A stretch of 64,000 bases of DNA from Nemertoderma westbladi (Eukaryota > Animalia > Xenacoelomorpha), in contig JAUCBJ010007635.1 in NCBI GenBank assembly GCA_032718475.1, forward strand, positions 1 through 64,000, in the 5' to 3' direction. The notes under the pieces are model-generated. The model was not told the DNA's origin and searched no databases. It was given only the letters and a program-made list of their open reading frames with translations. Below are positions 19,990-34,800 of the stretch, piece after piece; positions within the stretch are counted from its first letter, which is position 1, and every line of letters starts with the position of its first letter. The position numbers and the translations under genes were made by a program.

Positions 19990-21297
19990 TTATTTTTATA
20001 AAATTTATCACTTAGACTTACCTTTTCGGCGGACAAAATGTCCTATATTTTTCGTAAATTATGGGATAGCCTATTTCGTGCAATACTTACCGGAACCTGT
20101 AGTTACTGTACCTGTGGTTTGGTGCAATTTTTCTTGTGGTAGTTGGGTTGGGTTATGTAGCACTAAAATCGATTTGGTATTTTGTTTTTTGATGGGCCTT
20201 AGTGCCTGAGTACTAACAGTGGCCCAAGTGGCCCTAAATGCTAGGTAGTATCTGAGGGAATAAGACCCCATGTCCTATTTTATTGTTTTCATATTAATAT
20301 TACAATCCCTCTAAAGTCGTGGTTGTCTAACATCATATAAATGTACTGTAGATTCTAACCGAGTTCTACATAACCGTAGTTTAGTGCTAAATGCGCGTTG
20401 TTTTGTAACCATGGCAACCTTAAAACGTACATACTACATAACGTCACGTTGATCAAAGCTATCATTAAATTCAAGAATAATGTTTCTTGATTGAAATTGG
20501 TGCCATCCACTTTAACACCAATCGCATCTAAACTACACAAACGTACTAAACATACAGAAATAGCATTACATGGGAGACGTAATTCAATTGGTTTAATATT
20601 ACAAAACTCAAAATTATGATGTTAAAATGCCAATGCATAACAGAATAAACTTTTTTTTTGCTTTTTGTTCCAGAAATTTTAGTTGAATGTCGATTTCCTA
20701 CTATTATATCTCTAAAATTTGACGGTAATATTTTAATGTGGTTTATAATATTTTCATTATAAACAAAGTTGAAATACTGATCACTACAATAAATAAACAA
20801 ATATTGGAAATCAAATCCCCACGTCAAGGTTCTCCTAAAAATATAAACTGATTTACAATTACGGAAAAGGCCGTAGTCAACAATAGAGGCAATCTGTCAA
20901 CTAAAATAGCGTTTGTTTCCACTAAACTATCCGAAGTTTAAACGTAACATATAAGTTTATAACTCGTCCAGCTGGGTAAATATGTCGTAAAATAACGTAA
21001 GACACCAAAGAGTGGGTGGGTACAAATTTATCCATCAATTTATATTATTTTGTATTTTTTACAGTATTACTTATTTGCTTAAAGTTAGATCATCAAATGA
21101 AACCTATTAATTTATATGGGCTTACATTAACCACTACAGGGTAATTATTTATTTAGATAAGCAACAAAGAAGTAGCAAAAATATTCGCGTTTAAAAAACT
21201 CGCTATTACAATATTTAACAAATTAACATTATTATCATTATGTATCAAAAAGTTTTACATCTAAGTTATATTATTATTATTAATATTATTGTTACAG

Positions 21298-21897
21298 ATT
21301 TGCCGTCTAGGATAAACATTAACCCCAACGATGCGATTACAAAGAAAAAAGGCGAAACATTGGAATTAAAATGTTCGGCAGACGACTACAATGTGGAACC
21401 AAACCCAAGTTGGTCCTGGTATGTTGATGGTACTAAAGATGTTACTGGTGATGCAGCTATAGTTACTGAACCATCATCAACATTTACACTAGACCCTTTA
21501 CGCGCCGACGATGGAGGTGATTATAAGTGCGAGTTTACCGGTCAGTACAGCAACGGCGAGGAAGGGAGAATAGAAAGCCCAGCGGTACCGGTAACTGTAG
21601 AATATTGTGATCTGAAACTGAAAGTTTCTGGTTCTTCTTATAATCTAAACACATCTACACTAATCAGAAGAAATATGACAGACCATAATGACCCAATAGA
21701 AGTAAAGTGGATTCCAGATAACTGCAATATATATGTTGGTTACATTTGGAGTGGCGACTTCGTAACCGGTGGAGATGAAGTTAGGAATATCGATGTAAAT
21801 AAAAGATCTTCAGGGATTTACACAACTAAAGCGGAATATACGTTTTATGATTCATCAACTATTACGGAGTCATTCACTATTGAGTTAATAGTTCAGT
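21298..21897 (+). CDS. Receptor gene 2, second coding exon (Ig plus degenerate Ig-like domain), paralog of 937-1524
   Basis: Acceptor gttacag ends at 21297 and the junction reads VQ-Y-LPSR. Motifs LELKCS..WSWYVDG..LRADDGGDYKCEF. Donor T|GTAAGT at 21898. Downstream exons are not in the window. Confidence 0.9.
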
Positions 21898-22801
21898 GTA
21901 AGTAACAATAAACTACTGTAAATATTACATATATATTTCATATATATACATACATATATATAAGTTTAAATTAAGTTAAGAAATATGTTAGTTAATTAGG
22001 GAATATGACTGTAGGGTGTGAGATCAATTTGTTTTAGTATAATAATATTTTAAGAATTCATATTTATTTATTTTTTTTTTATTTTTATTTTCATTTTTAT
22101 TTATTTCATCTTTTTATTCATATTTTTATATACATATACACAATATTACAAATATATTATATATTACATTTGACACTACAATTAATTAAATTCACGACGA
22201 GGAAGTTTGTTAAAATGCTGTTCACAATTGCAAACTCGACAGATTTCGTGACGGGTAGATAGAACTTGTTCACCCTTATTCAATTGTTTCTAGGCCAACA
22301 ATTTTTTAGCGCTCCAACCCTATTCACAATTTCCTTCTTCAGGCATGTTTGGCCTATTGGCAACTTCCCGACTCGGATACCTACCTAGGTACCAGAATGC
22401 GTGATTCGTTACGTCCCCCTCCCCCCAGCTCCCTCCCCCCACCTCCCACCCCCCCCCCCCCCCCCTCTCCCATACGCCTAAAGCATCTCGCGCTGCCTGA
22501 TTCTTATCACGTACCTCCGTTCGTACTTCAAACATAAAACGACTCACTAAAACTTTGGAAGCCACTGATTCTTCCAAAGGATTGAAACTATGAACGCGTT
22601 CGTCTGGATTCTCTGTGTAATGTTGTCCTTATTTGAGCCTTTCATCCATTATTAGCCTGAACTCTAACACCAAACCCTCCAAACATTTTTCTATCATATG
22701 TTTATCATCGTTAGTTTCAATATTATACAGTTACTTTTGGCACTTTTGGCACAAGCCATGGTTATAGTTGCATATAAACTGTATGTCTACCTGCAGAGTA
22801 C

Positions 22802-25800
22802 CCGTATGCAATAACTAACTTTCACTTTCACTTTCACAGTTGCATGGCTATTCCGTATGTAATAACTAACTTTCACTTTCAGGGTTGTTGTATGTATGGC
22901 TATTCCGTACGCAATAACTAACTTTCACTTTCAGAGTTGTATGGCTATTCCGTATGCAATAACTAACTTTCACTTTCACAGTTGTATGGCTATTCCGTAT
23001 ACAATAACTAACTTTCACTTTCAGAGTTGTATGGCTATTCCGTATGCAATAAGTAACTTTCACTTTCACAGTTGTATGGCTATTCCGTATGCAATAACTA
23101 ACTTTCACTTTCAGAGTTGTATGGCTATTCCGTATGCAATAACTAACTTTCACTTTCACAGTTATATGGCTATTCCGTATGCAATAACTAACTTTCACTT
23201 TCACAGTTGTATGTCTATTCCGTATGCAATAACTAACTTTCACTTTCACAGTTATATGGCTATTCCGTATGCAATAACTAACTTTCACTTTCACAGTTAT
23301 ATGGCTATTCCATATGCAATAACTAACTTTCACTTTCACAGTTGTATGTCTATTCCGTATGCAATAACTAACTTTCACTTTCACAGTTATATGGCTATTC
23401 CGTATGCAATAACTAACTTTCACTTTCACAGTTGTATGGCTATTCCGTATGCAATAACTAACTTTCACTTTCACAGTTGTATGGCTATTCCGTATGCAAT
23501 AACTAACTTTCACTTTCACAGTTGTATGGCTATTCTGTATGCAATAACTAACTTTCACTTTCACAGTTGCATGGCTATTCCGTATGCAATAACTAACTTT
23601 CACTTTCACAGTTGTATGGCTATTCCGTATGCAATAACTAACTTTCACTTTCACAGTTGTATGGCTATTCTGTATGCAATAACTAACTTTCACTTTCACA
23701 GTTGTATGGCTATTCCGTATGCAATAACTAACTTTCACTTTCACAGTTGTATGGCTATTCCGTATGTAATAACTAACTTTCACTTTCAGGGTTGTTGTAT
23801 GTATGGCTATTCCGTACGCAATAACTAACTTTCACTTTCAGAGTTGTATGGCTATTCCGTATGCAATAACTAACTTTCACTTTCACAGTTGTATGGCTAT
23901 TCCGTATACAATAACTAACTTTCACTTTCAGAGTTGTATGGCTATTCCGTATGCAATAAGTAACTTTCACTTTCACAGTTGTATGGCTATTCCGTATGCA
24001 ATAACTAACTTTCACTTTCTGAGTTGTATGGCTATTCCGTATGCAATAACTAACTTTCACTTTCACAGTTGTATGGCTATTCCGTATGCAATAACTAACT
24101 TTCACTTTCACAGTTGTATGGCTATTCCGTATACAATAACTAACTTTCACTTTCACAGTTGTATGGCTATTCCGTATGCAATAACTAACTTTCACTTTCA
24201 CAGTTGTATGGCTATTCCGTATGCAATAACTAACTTTCACTTTCACAGTTGTATGGCTATTCCGTATGCAATAACTAACTTTCACTTTCACAGTTGTATG
24301 GCTATTCCGTATACAATAACTAACTTTCACTTTCAGAGTTGTATGGCTATTCCGTATACAATAACTAACTTTCACTTTCACAGTTGTATGGCTATTCCGT
24401 ATGCAATAACTAACTTTCACTTTCACAGTTGTATGGCTATTCCGTATGCAATAACTAACTTTCACTTTCACAGTTGTATGGCTATTCCGTATACAATAAC
24501 TAACTTTCACTTTCACAGTTGTATGGCTATTCCGTATGCAATAACTAACTTTCACTTTCACAGTTGTATGGCTATTCCGTATGCAATAACTAACTTTCAC
24601 TTTCACAGTTGTATGGCTATTCCGTATGCAATAACTAACTTTCACTTTCACAGTTGTATGGCTATTCCGTATGCAATAACTAACCTTCACTTTCACAGTT
24701 GTATGGCTATTCCGTATGCAATAACTAACTTTCACTTTCACAGTTGTATGGCTATTCCGTATGCAATAACTAACTTTCACTTTCACAGTTGTATGGCTAT
24801 TCCGTATGCAATAACTAACTTTCACTTTCACAGTTGTATGGCTATTCCGTATGCAATAACTAACTTTCACTTTCACAGTTGTATGGCTATTCCGTATGCA
24901 ATAACTAACTTTCACTTTCACAGATGTATGGCTATTCCGTATGCAATAACTAACTTTCACTTTCACAGTTGTATGGCTATTCCGTATGCAATAACTAACT
25001 TTCACTTTCAGAGTTGTATGGCTATTCCGTATGCAATAACTAACTTTCACTTTCACAGTTGTATGGCTATTCCGTATGCAATAACTAACTTTCACTTTCA
25101 CAGTTGCATGGCTATTCCGTATGCAATAACTAACTTTCACTTTCACAGTTGTATGGCTATTCCGTATGCAATAACTAACTTTCACTTTCACAGTTGTATG
25201 GCTATTCCGTATGCAATAACTAACTTTTACGTTCACAGTTGTGTGGCTATTCCGTATGCAATAACTAACTTTTACGTTCACAGTCGTATGGCTATTCCGT
25301 ATGCAATAACTAACTTTTACGTTCACAGATGTATGGCTATTCCGTATGCAATAACTAACTTTCACTTTCACAGTTGTATGGCTATTCCGTATGCAATAAC
25401 TAACTTTCACTTTCACAGTTGTATGGCTATTCCGTATGCAATAACTAACTTTCACTTTCACAGTTGTATGGCTATTCCGTATGCAATAACTAACTTTCAC
25501 TTTCACAGTTGTATGGCTATTCCGTATGCAATAACTAACTTTCACTTTCACAGTTGTATGGCTATTCCGTATGCAATAACTAACTTTCACTTTCACAGTT
25601 GTATGGCTATTCCGTATGCAATAACTAACTTTCACTTTCACAGTTGTATGGCTATTCCGTATGCAATAACTAACTTTCACTTTCACAGTTGTATGGCTAT
25701 TCCGTATGCAATAACTAACTTTCATTTTCCGAGTTGTATGTATGGCTATTCCGTATGCAATAACTAACTTTCACTTTCACAGTTGTATGGCTATTCCGTA

Positions 25801-28800
25801 TGCAATAACTAACTTTCACTTTCACAGTTGTATGGCTATTCCGTATGCAATAACTAACTTTCACTTTCACAGTTGTATGGCTATTCCGTATGCAATAACT
25901 AACTTTTACGTTCACAGTTGTGTGGCTATTCCGTATGCAATAACTAACTTTCACTTTCACAGTTGTATGGCTATTCCGTATGCAATAACTAACTTTCACT
26001 TTCCGAGGTTGTATGGCTATTCCGTATGCAATAACTAACTTTCACTTTCACAGTTGTATGGCTATTCCGTATGCAATAACTAACTTTCACTTTCACAGTT
26101 GTATGGCTATTCCGTATGCAATAACTAACTTTCACTTTCACAGTTGTGTGGCTATTCCGTATGCAATAACTAACTTTCACTTTCACAGTTGTATGGCTAT
26201 TCCGTATGCAATAACTAACTTTCACTTTCACAGTTGTATGGCTATTCCGTATGCAATAACTAACTTTCACTTTCACAGTTGTATGGCTATTCCGTATGCA
26301 ATAACTAACTTTTCACTTTCACAGTTGTATGGCTATTCCGTATGCAATAACTAACTTTCACTTTCACAGTTGTATGGCTATTCCGTATGCAATAACTAAC
26401 TTTCACTTTCACAGTTGTATGGCTATTCCGTATGCAATAACTAACTTTCACTTTCACAGTTGTATGGCTATTCCGTATGCAATAACTAACTTTCACTTTC
26501 ACAGTTGTATGGCTATTCCGTATGCAATAACTAACTTTCACTTTCACAGTTGTATGGCTATTCCGTATGCAATAACTAACTTTCACTTTCACAGTTGTAT
26601 GGCTATTCCGTATGCAATAACTAACTTTCACTTTCACAGTTGTATGGCTATTCCGTATGCAATAACTAACTTTCACTTTCACAGTTGTATGGCTATTCCG
26701 TATGCAATAACTAACTTTCACTTTCACGAGTTGTATGGCTATTCCGTATGCAATAACTAACTTTCACTTTCACAGTTGTATGGCTATTCCGTATGCAATA
26801 ACTAACTTTCACTTTCACAGTTGTATGGCTATTCCGTATGCAATAACTAACTTTCACTTTCAGAGTTGTATGTATGGCTATTCCGTATGCAATAACTAAC
26901 TTTCACTTTCACAGTTGTATGGCTATTCCGTATGCAATAACTAACTTTCACTTTCACAGTTGTATGGCTATTCCGTATGCAATAACTAACTTTCACTTTC
27001 ACAGTTGTATGGCTATTCCGTATGCAATAACTAACTTTCACTTTCAGAGTTGTATGTATGGCTATTCCGTATGCAATAACTAACTTTCACTTTCACAGTT
27101 GTATGGCTATTCCGTATGCAATAACTAACTTTCACTTTCAGAGTTGTATGTATGGCTATTCCGTATGCAATAACTAACTTTCACTTTCACAGTTGTATGG
27201 CTATTCCGTATGCAATAACTAACTTTCACTTTCAGAGTTGTATGTATGGCTATTCCGTATGCAATAACTAACTTTCACTTTCACAGTTGTTTGGCTATTC
27301 CGTATGCAATAACTAACTTTCACTTTCACAGTTGTATGGCTATTCCGTATGCAATAACTAACTTTCACTTTCAGAGTTGTATGTATGGCTATTCCGTATG
27401 CAATAACTAACTTTCACTTTCACAGTTGTATGGCTATTCCGTATGCAATAACTAACTTTCACTTTCAGAGTTGTTGTATGGCTATTCCGTATGCAATAAC
27501 TAACTTTCACTTTCACAGTTGTATGGCTATTCCGTATGCAATAACTAACTTTCACTTTCACAGTTGTTGTATGGCTATTCCGTATGCAATAACTAACTTT
27601 CACTTTCACAGTTGTATGGCTATTCCGTATGCAATAACTAACTTTCACTTTCAGAGTTGTATGTATGGCTATTCCGTATGCAATAACTAACTTTCACTTT
27701 CACAGTTGTATGGCTATTCCGTATGCAATAACTAACTTTCACTTTCACAGTTGTATGTATGGCTATTCCGTATGCAATAACTAACTTTCACTTTCACAGT
27801 TGTTTGGCTATTCCGTATGCAATAACTAACTTTCACTTTCACAGTTGTATGGCTATTCCGTATGCAATAACTAACTTTCACTTTCAGAGTTGTATGGCTA
27901 TTCCGTATGCAATAACTAACTTTCACTTTCACAGTTGTATGGCTATTCCGTATGCAATAACTAACTTTCACTTTCACAGTTGTATGGCTATTCCGTATGC
28001 AATAACTAACTTTCACTTTCACAGTTGTTGTATGGCTATTCCGTATGCAATAACTAACTTTCACTTTCACAGTTGTATGGCTATTCCGTATGCAATAACT
28101 AACTTTCACTTTCACAGTTGTATGGCTATTCCGTATGCAATAACTAACTTTCACTTTCAGAGTTGTATGTATGGCTATTCCGTATGCAATAACTAACTTT
28201 CACTTTCACAGTTGTATGGCTATTCCGTATGCAATAACTAACTTTCACTTTCACAGTTGTATGGCTATTCCGTATGCAATAACTAACTTTCACTTTCACA
28301 GTTGTATGGCTATTCCGTATGCAATAACTAACTTTCACTTTCACAGTTGTATGGCTATTCCGTATGCAATAACTAACTTTCACTTTCACAGTTGTATGGC
28401 TATTCCGTATGCAATAACTAACTTTCACTTTCACAGTTGTATGGCTATTCCGTATGCAATAACTAACTTTCACTTTCACAGTTGTATGGCTATTCCGTAT
28501 GCAATAACTAACTTTCACTTTCACAGTTGTATGGCTATTCCGTATGCAATAACTAACTTTCACTTTCACAGTTGTATGGCTATTCCGTATGCAATAACTA
28601 ACTTTCACTTTCACAGTTGTATGGCTATTCCGTATGCAATAACTAACTTTCATTTTCCGAGTTGTATGGCTATTCCGTATGCAATAACTAACTTTCACTT
28701 TCACAGTTGTATGGCTATTCCGTATGCAATAACTAACTTTCACTTTCAGAGTTGTATGTATGGCTATTCCGTATGCAATAACTAACTTTCACTTTCAGAG

Positions 28801-31800
28801 TTGTATGTATGGCTATTCCGTATGCAATAACTAACTTTCACTTTCACAGTTGTTTGGCTATTCCGTATGCAATAACTAACTTTCACTTTCACAGTTGTAT
28901 GGCTATTCCGTATGCAATAACTAACTTTCACTTTCACAGTTGTATGGCTATTCCGTATGCAATAACTAACTTTCACTTTCACAGTTGTATGGCTATTCCG
29001 TATGCAATAACTAACTTTCACTTTCACAGTTGTATGGCTATTCCGTATGCAATAACTAACTTTCACTTTCACAGTTGTATGGCTATTCCGTATGCAATAA
29101 CTAACTTTCACTTTCACAGTTGTATGTATGGCTATTCCGTATGCAATAACTAACTTTCACTTTCAGAGTTGTATGTATGGCTATTCCGTATGCAATAACT
29201 AACTTTCACTTTCACAGTTGTTTGGCTATTCCGTATGCAATAACTAACTTTCACTTTCACAGTTGTATGGCTATTCCGTATGCAATAACTAACTTTCACT
29301 TTCACAGTTGTATGGCTATTCCGTATGCAATAACTAACTTTCACTTTCACAGTTGTATGGCTATTCCGTATGCAATAACTAACTTACACTTTCACAGTTG
29401 TATGGCTATTCCGCATGCAATAACTAACTTTCACTTTCACAGTTTAATGGCTATTCCGTATGCAATAACTAACTTTCACTTTCACAGTTGTATGTATGGC
29501 TATTCCGTATGCAATAACTAACTTTCACTTTCACAGTTGTAAGGCTATTCCGTATGCAATAACTAACTTTCACTTTCACAGTTGTATGGCTATTCCGTAT
29601 GCAATAACTAACTTTCACTTTCAGAGTTGTATGGCTATTCCGTATGCAATAACTAACTTTCACTTTCACAGTTGTATGGCTATTCCGTATGCAATAACTA
29701 ACTTTCACTTTCACAGTTGTATGGCTATTCCGTATGCAATAACTAACTTACACTTTCAGAGTTGTATGTATGGCTATTCCGTATGCAATAACTAACTTTC
29801 ACTTTCACAGTTGTATGGCTATTCCGTATGCAATAACTAACTTTCACTTTCACAGTTGTATGGCTATTCCGTATGCAATAACTAACTTTCACTTTCACAG
29901 TTGTATGGCTATTCCGTATGCAATAACTAACTTACACTTTCAGAGTTGTATGTATGGCTATTCCGTATGCAATAACTAACTTTCACTTTCACAGTTGTAT
30001 GGCTATTCCGTATGCAATAACTAACTCTCACTTTCAGAGTTGTATGTATGGCTATTCCGTATGCAATAACTAACTTTCACTTTCACAGTTGTATGGCTAT
30101 TCCGTATGCAATAACTAACTTTCACTTTCACAGTTGTATGGCTATTCCGTATGCAATAACTAACTTTCACTTTCACAGTTGTATGGCTATTCCGTATGCA
30201 ATAACTAACTTTCACTTTCACAGTTGTAAGGCTATTCCGTATGCAATAACTAACTTTCACTTTCACAGTTGTATGGCTATTCCGTATGCAATAACTAACT
30301 TTCACTTTCACAGTTGTATGGCTATTCCGTATGCAATAACTAACTTTCACTTTCACAGTTGTATGGCTATTCCGTATGCAATAACTAACTTTCACTTTCA
30401 CAGTTGTAAGGCTATTCCGTATGCAATAACTAACTTTCACTTTCACAGTTGTATGGCTATTCCGTATGCAATAACTAACTTTCACTTTCACAGTTGTATG
30501 GCTATTCCGTATGCAATAACTAACTTTCACTTTCACAGTTGTAAGGCTATTCCGTATGCAATAACTAACTTTCACTTTCACAGTTGTATGGCTATTCCGT
30601 ATGCAATAACTAACTTCCACTTTCACAGTTGTATGGCTATTCCGTATGCAATAACTAACTTTCACTTTCACAGTTGTATGGCTATTCCGTATGCAATAAC
30701 TAACTTTCACTTTTACAGTTGTATGGCTATTCCGTATGCAATAACTAACTTTCACTTTCCGAGTTGTATGTATGGCTATTCCGTATGCAATAACTAACTT
30801 TCACTTTCACAGTTGTAAGGCTATTCCGTATGCAATAACTAACTTTCACTTTCACAGTTGTATGGCTATTCCGTATGCAATAACTAACTTTTACTTTCAC
30901 AGTTGTATGGCTATTCCGTATGCAATAACTAACTTTCACTTTCACAGTTGTATGGCTATTCCGTATGCAATAACTAACTTTCACTTTTACAGTTGTATGG
31001 CTATTCCGTATGCAATAACTAACTTTCACTTTCACAGTTGTATGGCTATTCCGTATGCAATAACTAACTTTCACTTTCACAGTTGTATGGCTATTCCGTA
31101 TGCAATAACTAACTTTTACTTTCACAGTTGTATGGCTATTCCGTATGCAATAACTAACTTAACTTTCACAGTTGTATGGCTATTCCGTATGCAATAACTA
31201 ACTTTCACTTTCACAGTTGTATGGCTATTCCGTATGCAATAACTAACTTTCACTTTCACAGTTGTATGGCTATTCCGTATGCAATAACTAACTTAACTTT
31301 CACAGTTGTATGGCTATTCCGTATGCAATAACTATTTTTCTCTTTCACAGTTGTATGGCTATTCCGTATGCAATAACTAACTTTCACTTTCACAGTTGTA
31401 TGGCTATTCCGTATGCAATAACTAACTTTCACTTTCACAGTTGTATGGCTATTCCATATGCAATAACTATTTTTCTCTTTCACAGTTGTATGGCTATTCC
31501 GTATGCAATAACTAACTTTCACTTTCACAGTTGTATGGCTATTCCGTATGCAATAACTAACTTTCACTTTCACAGTTGTATGGCTATTCTGTATGCAATA
31601 ACTATTTTTCTCTTTCACAGTTGTATGGCTATTCCGTATGCAATAACTATTTTTCTCTTTCACAGTTGTATGGCTATTCCGTATGCAATAACTAACTTTC
31701 ACTTTCACAGTTGTATGGCTATTCCGTATGCAATAACTATTTTTCTCTTTCACAGTTGTATGGCTATTCCGTATGCAATAACTAACTTTCACTTTCACAG

Positions 31801-34800
31801 TTGTATGGCTATTCCGTATGCAATAACTAACTTTCACTTTCACAGTTGTATGGCTATTCCGTATGCAATAACTAACTTTCACTTTCACAGTTGTATGGCT
31901 ATTCCATATGCAATAACTAACTTTCACTTTCACAGTTGTATGGCTATTCCGTATGCAATAACTAACTTTCACTTTCACAGTTGTATGGCTATTCCGTATG
32001 CAATAACTAACTTTCTCTTTCACAGTTGTATAGCTATTCCGTATGCAATAACTAACTTTCACTTTCACAGTTGTATGGCTATTCCGTATGCAATAACTAT
32101 TTTTCTCTTTCACAGTTGTATGGCTATTCCGTATGCAATAACTATTTTTCTCTTTCACAGTTGTATGGCTATTCCGTATGCAATAACTAACTTTCACTTT
32201 CACAGTTGTATGGCTATTCCGTATTCAATAACTAACTTTCACTTTCACAGTTGTATGGCTATTCCGTATTCAATAACTAACTTTCACTTTCACAGTTGTA
32301 TGGCTATTCCGTATGCAATAACTATTTTTCTCTTTCACAGTTGTATGGCTATTCCGTATACAATAACTAACTTTCACTTTCACAGTTGTATGGCTATTCC
32401 GTATTCAATAACTAACTTTCACTTTCACAGTTGTATGGCTATTCCGTATTCAATAACTAACTTTCACTTTCACAGTTGTATGGCTATTCTGTATGCAATA
32501 ACTAACTTTCACTTTCACAGTTGTATGGCTATTCTGTATGCAATAACTAACTTTCACTTTCACAGTTGTATGGCTATTCCGTATGCAATAACTATTTTTC
32601 TCTTTCACAGTTGTATGGCTATTCCGTATACAATAACTAACTTTCATTTTCCGAGTTGTATGGCTATTCCATATGCAATAACTAACTTTCATTTTCCGAG
32701 TTGTATGGCTATTCCGTATGCAATAACTAACTTTCATTTTCCGAGTTGTATGGCTATTCCGTATGCAATAACTAACTTTCATTTTCCGAGTTGTATGGCT
32801 ATTCCATATGCAATAACTAACTTTCATTTTCCGAGTTGTATGGCTATTCCGTATGCAATAACTAACTTTCATTTTCCGAGTTGTATGGCTATTCCGTATG
32901 CAATAACTAACTTTCACTTTCACAGTTGTATGGCTATTCCGTATGCAATAACTAACTTTCACTTTCACAGTTGTATGGCTATTCCGTATTCAATAACTAA
33001 CTTTCACTTTCACAGTTGTATGGCTATTCCGTATGCAATAACTATTTTTCTCTTTCACAGTTGTATGGCTATTCCGTATGCAATAACTAACTTTCACTTT
33101 CACAGTTGTATGGCTATTCCGTATGCAATAACTATTTTTCTCTTTCACAGTTGTATGGCTATTCCGTATACAATAACTAACTTTCACTTTCACAGTTGTA
33201 TGGCTATTCCGTATTCAATAACTAACTTTCACTTTCACAGTTGTATGGCTATTCCGTATTCAATAACTAACTTTCACTTTCACAGTTGTATGGCTATTCC
33301 GTATGCAATAACTATTTTTCTCTTTCACAGTTGTATGTCTATTCCGTATGCAATAACTAACTTTCACTTTCACAGTTGTATGGCTATTCCGTATACAATA
33401 ACTATTTTTCTCTTTCACAGTTGTATGGCTATTCCGTATGCAATAACTAACTTTCACTTTCACAGTTGTATGGCTATTCCGTATGCAATAACTATTTTTC
33501 TCTTTCACAGTTGTATGGCTATTCCGTATGCAATAACTATTTTTCTCTTTCACAGTTGTATGGCTATTCCGTATACAATAACTATTTTTCTCTTTCACAG
33601 TTGTATGGCTATTCCGTATACAATAACTATTTTTCTCTTTCACAGTTGTATGGCTATTCCGTATACAATAACTAACTTTCACTTTCACTGTTGTATAGCT
33701 ATTCCGTATACAATAACTATTTTTCTCTTTCACAGTTGTATGGCTATTCCGTATGCAATAACTAACTTTCACTTTCACAGTTGTATGTATGGCTATTCCG
33801 TATGCAATAACTAACTTTCTCTTTCACAGTTGTATGGCTATTCCGTTTGCAATAACTAACTTTCACTTTCACAGTTGTATGGCTATTCCGTATGCAATAA
33901 CTAACTTTCACTTTCACAGTTGTATGGCTATTCCGTATTCAATAACTAACTTTCACTTTCACAGTTGTATGGCTATTCCGTATGCAATAACTATTTTTCT
34001 CTTTCACAGTTGTATGGCTATTCCGTATTCAATAACTAACTTTCACTTTCACAGTTGTATGGCTATTCCGTATGCAATAACTATTTTTCTCTTTCACAGT
34101 TGTATGGCTATTCCGTATGCAATAACTATTTTTCTCTTTCACAGTTGTATGGCTATTCCGTATGCAATAACTAACTTTCACTTTCACAGTTGTATGTATG
34201 GCTATTCCGTATGCAATAACTAACTTTCTCTTTCACAGTTGTATGGCTATTCCGTTTGCAATAACTAACTTTCACTTTCACAGTTGTATGGCTATTCCGT
34301 ATGCAATAACTAACTTTCACTTTCACAGTTGTATGGCTATTCCGTATTCAATAACTAACTTTCACTTTCACAGTTGTATGGCTATTCCGTATGCAATAAC
34401 TATTTTTCTCTTTCACAGTTGTATGGCTATTCCGTATTCAATAACTAACTTTCACTTTCACAGTTGTATGGCTATTCCGTATGCAATAACTATTTTTCTC
34501 TTTCACAGTTGTATGGCTATTCCGTATGCAATAACTATTTTTCTCTTTCACAGTTGTATGGCTATTCCGTATGCAATAACTATTTTTCTCTTTCACAGTT
34601 GTATGGCTATTCCGTATGCAATAACTAACTTTCACTTTCACAGTTGTATGGCTATTCCGTATGCAATAACTAACTTTCACTTTCACAGTTGTATGGCTAT
34701 TCCGTATGCAATAACTATTTTTCTCTTTCACAGTTGTATGGCTATTCCGTATGCAATAACTATTTTTCTCTTTCACAGTTGTATGGCTATTCCGTATGCA

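Larger units (their letters stand above)
18745..20346 (+). mobile_element. Non-autonomous retrozyme/PLE-like element: 5' inversion plus about 2.26 tandem 676-bp units, 10-bp TSD
   Basis: TGTAGATTCT at 18735-18744 and 20347-20356. Units start at 18812, 19488 and 20164. Segment 18745-18797 is an inverted copy of 18886-18938. A hammerhead core is present in each full unit, and there is no credible ORF. Confidence 0.8.

Noticed and set aside
18971-20271. Duplicated short ORFs in the 676-bp units
   Set aside because: They have non-ATG or weak starts and no recognisable domain; the duplication simply reflects the tandem repeat.
22320-22720. Possible decayed coding fragment on the - strand before the satellite
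   Set aside because: It is interrupted by a stop and a poly-C/G tract, and no recognisable motif supports a call.
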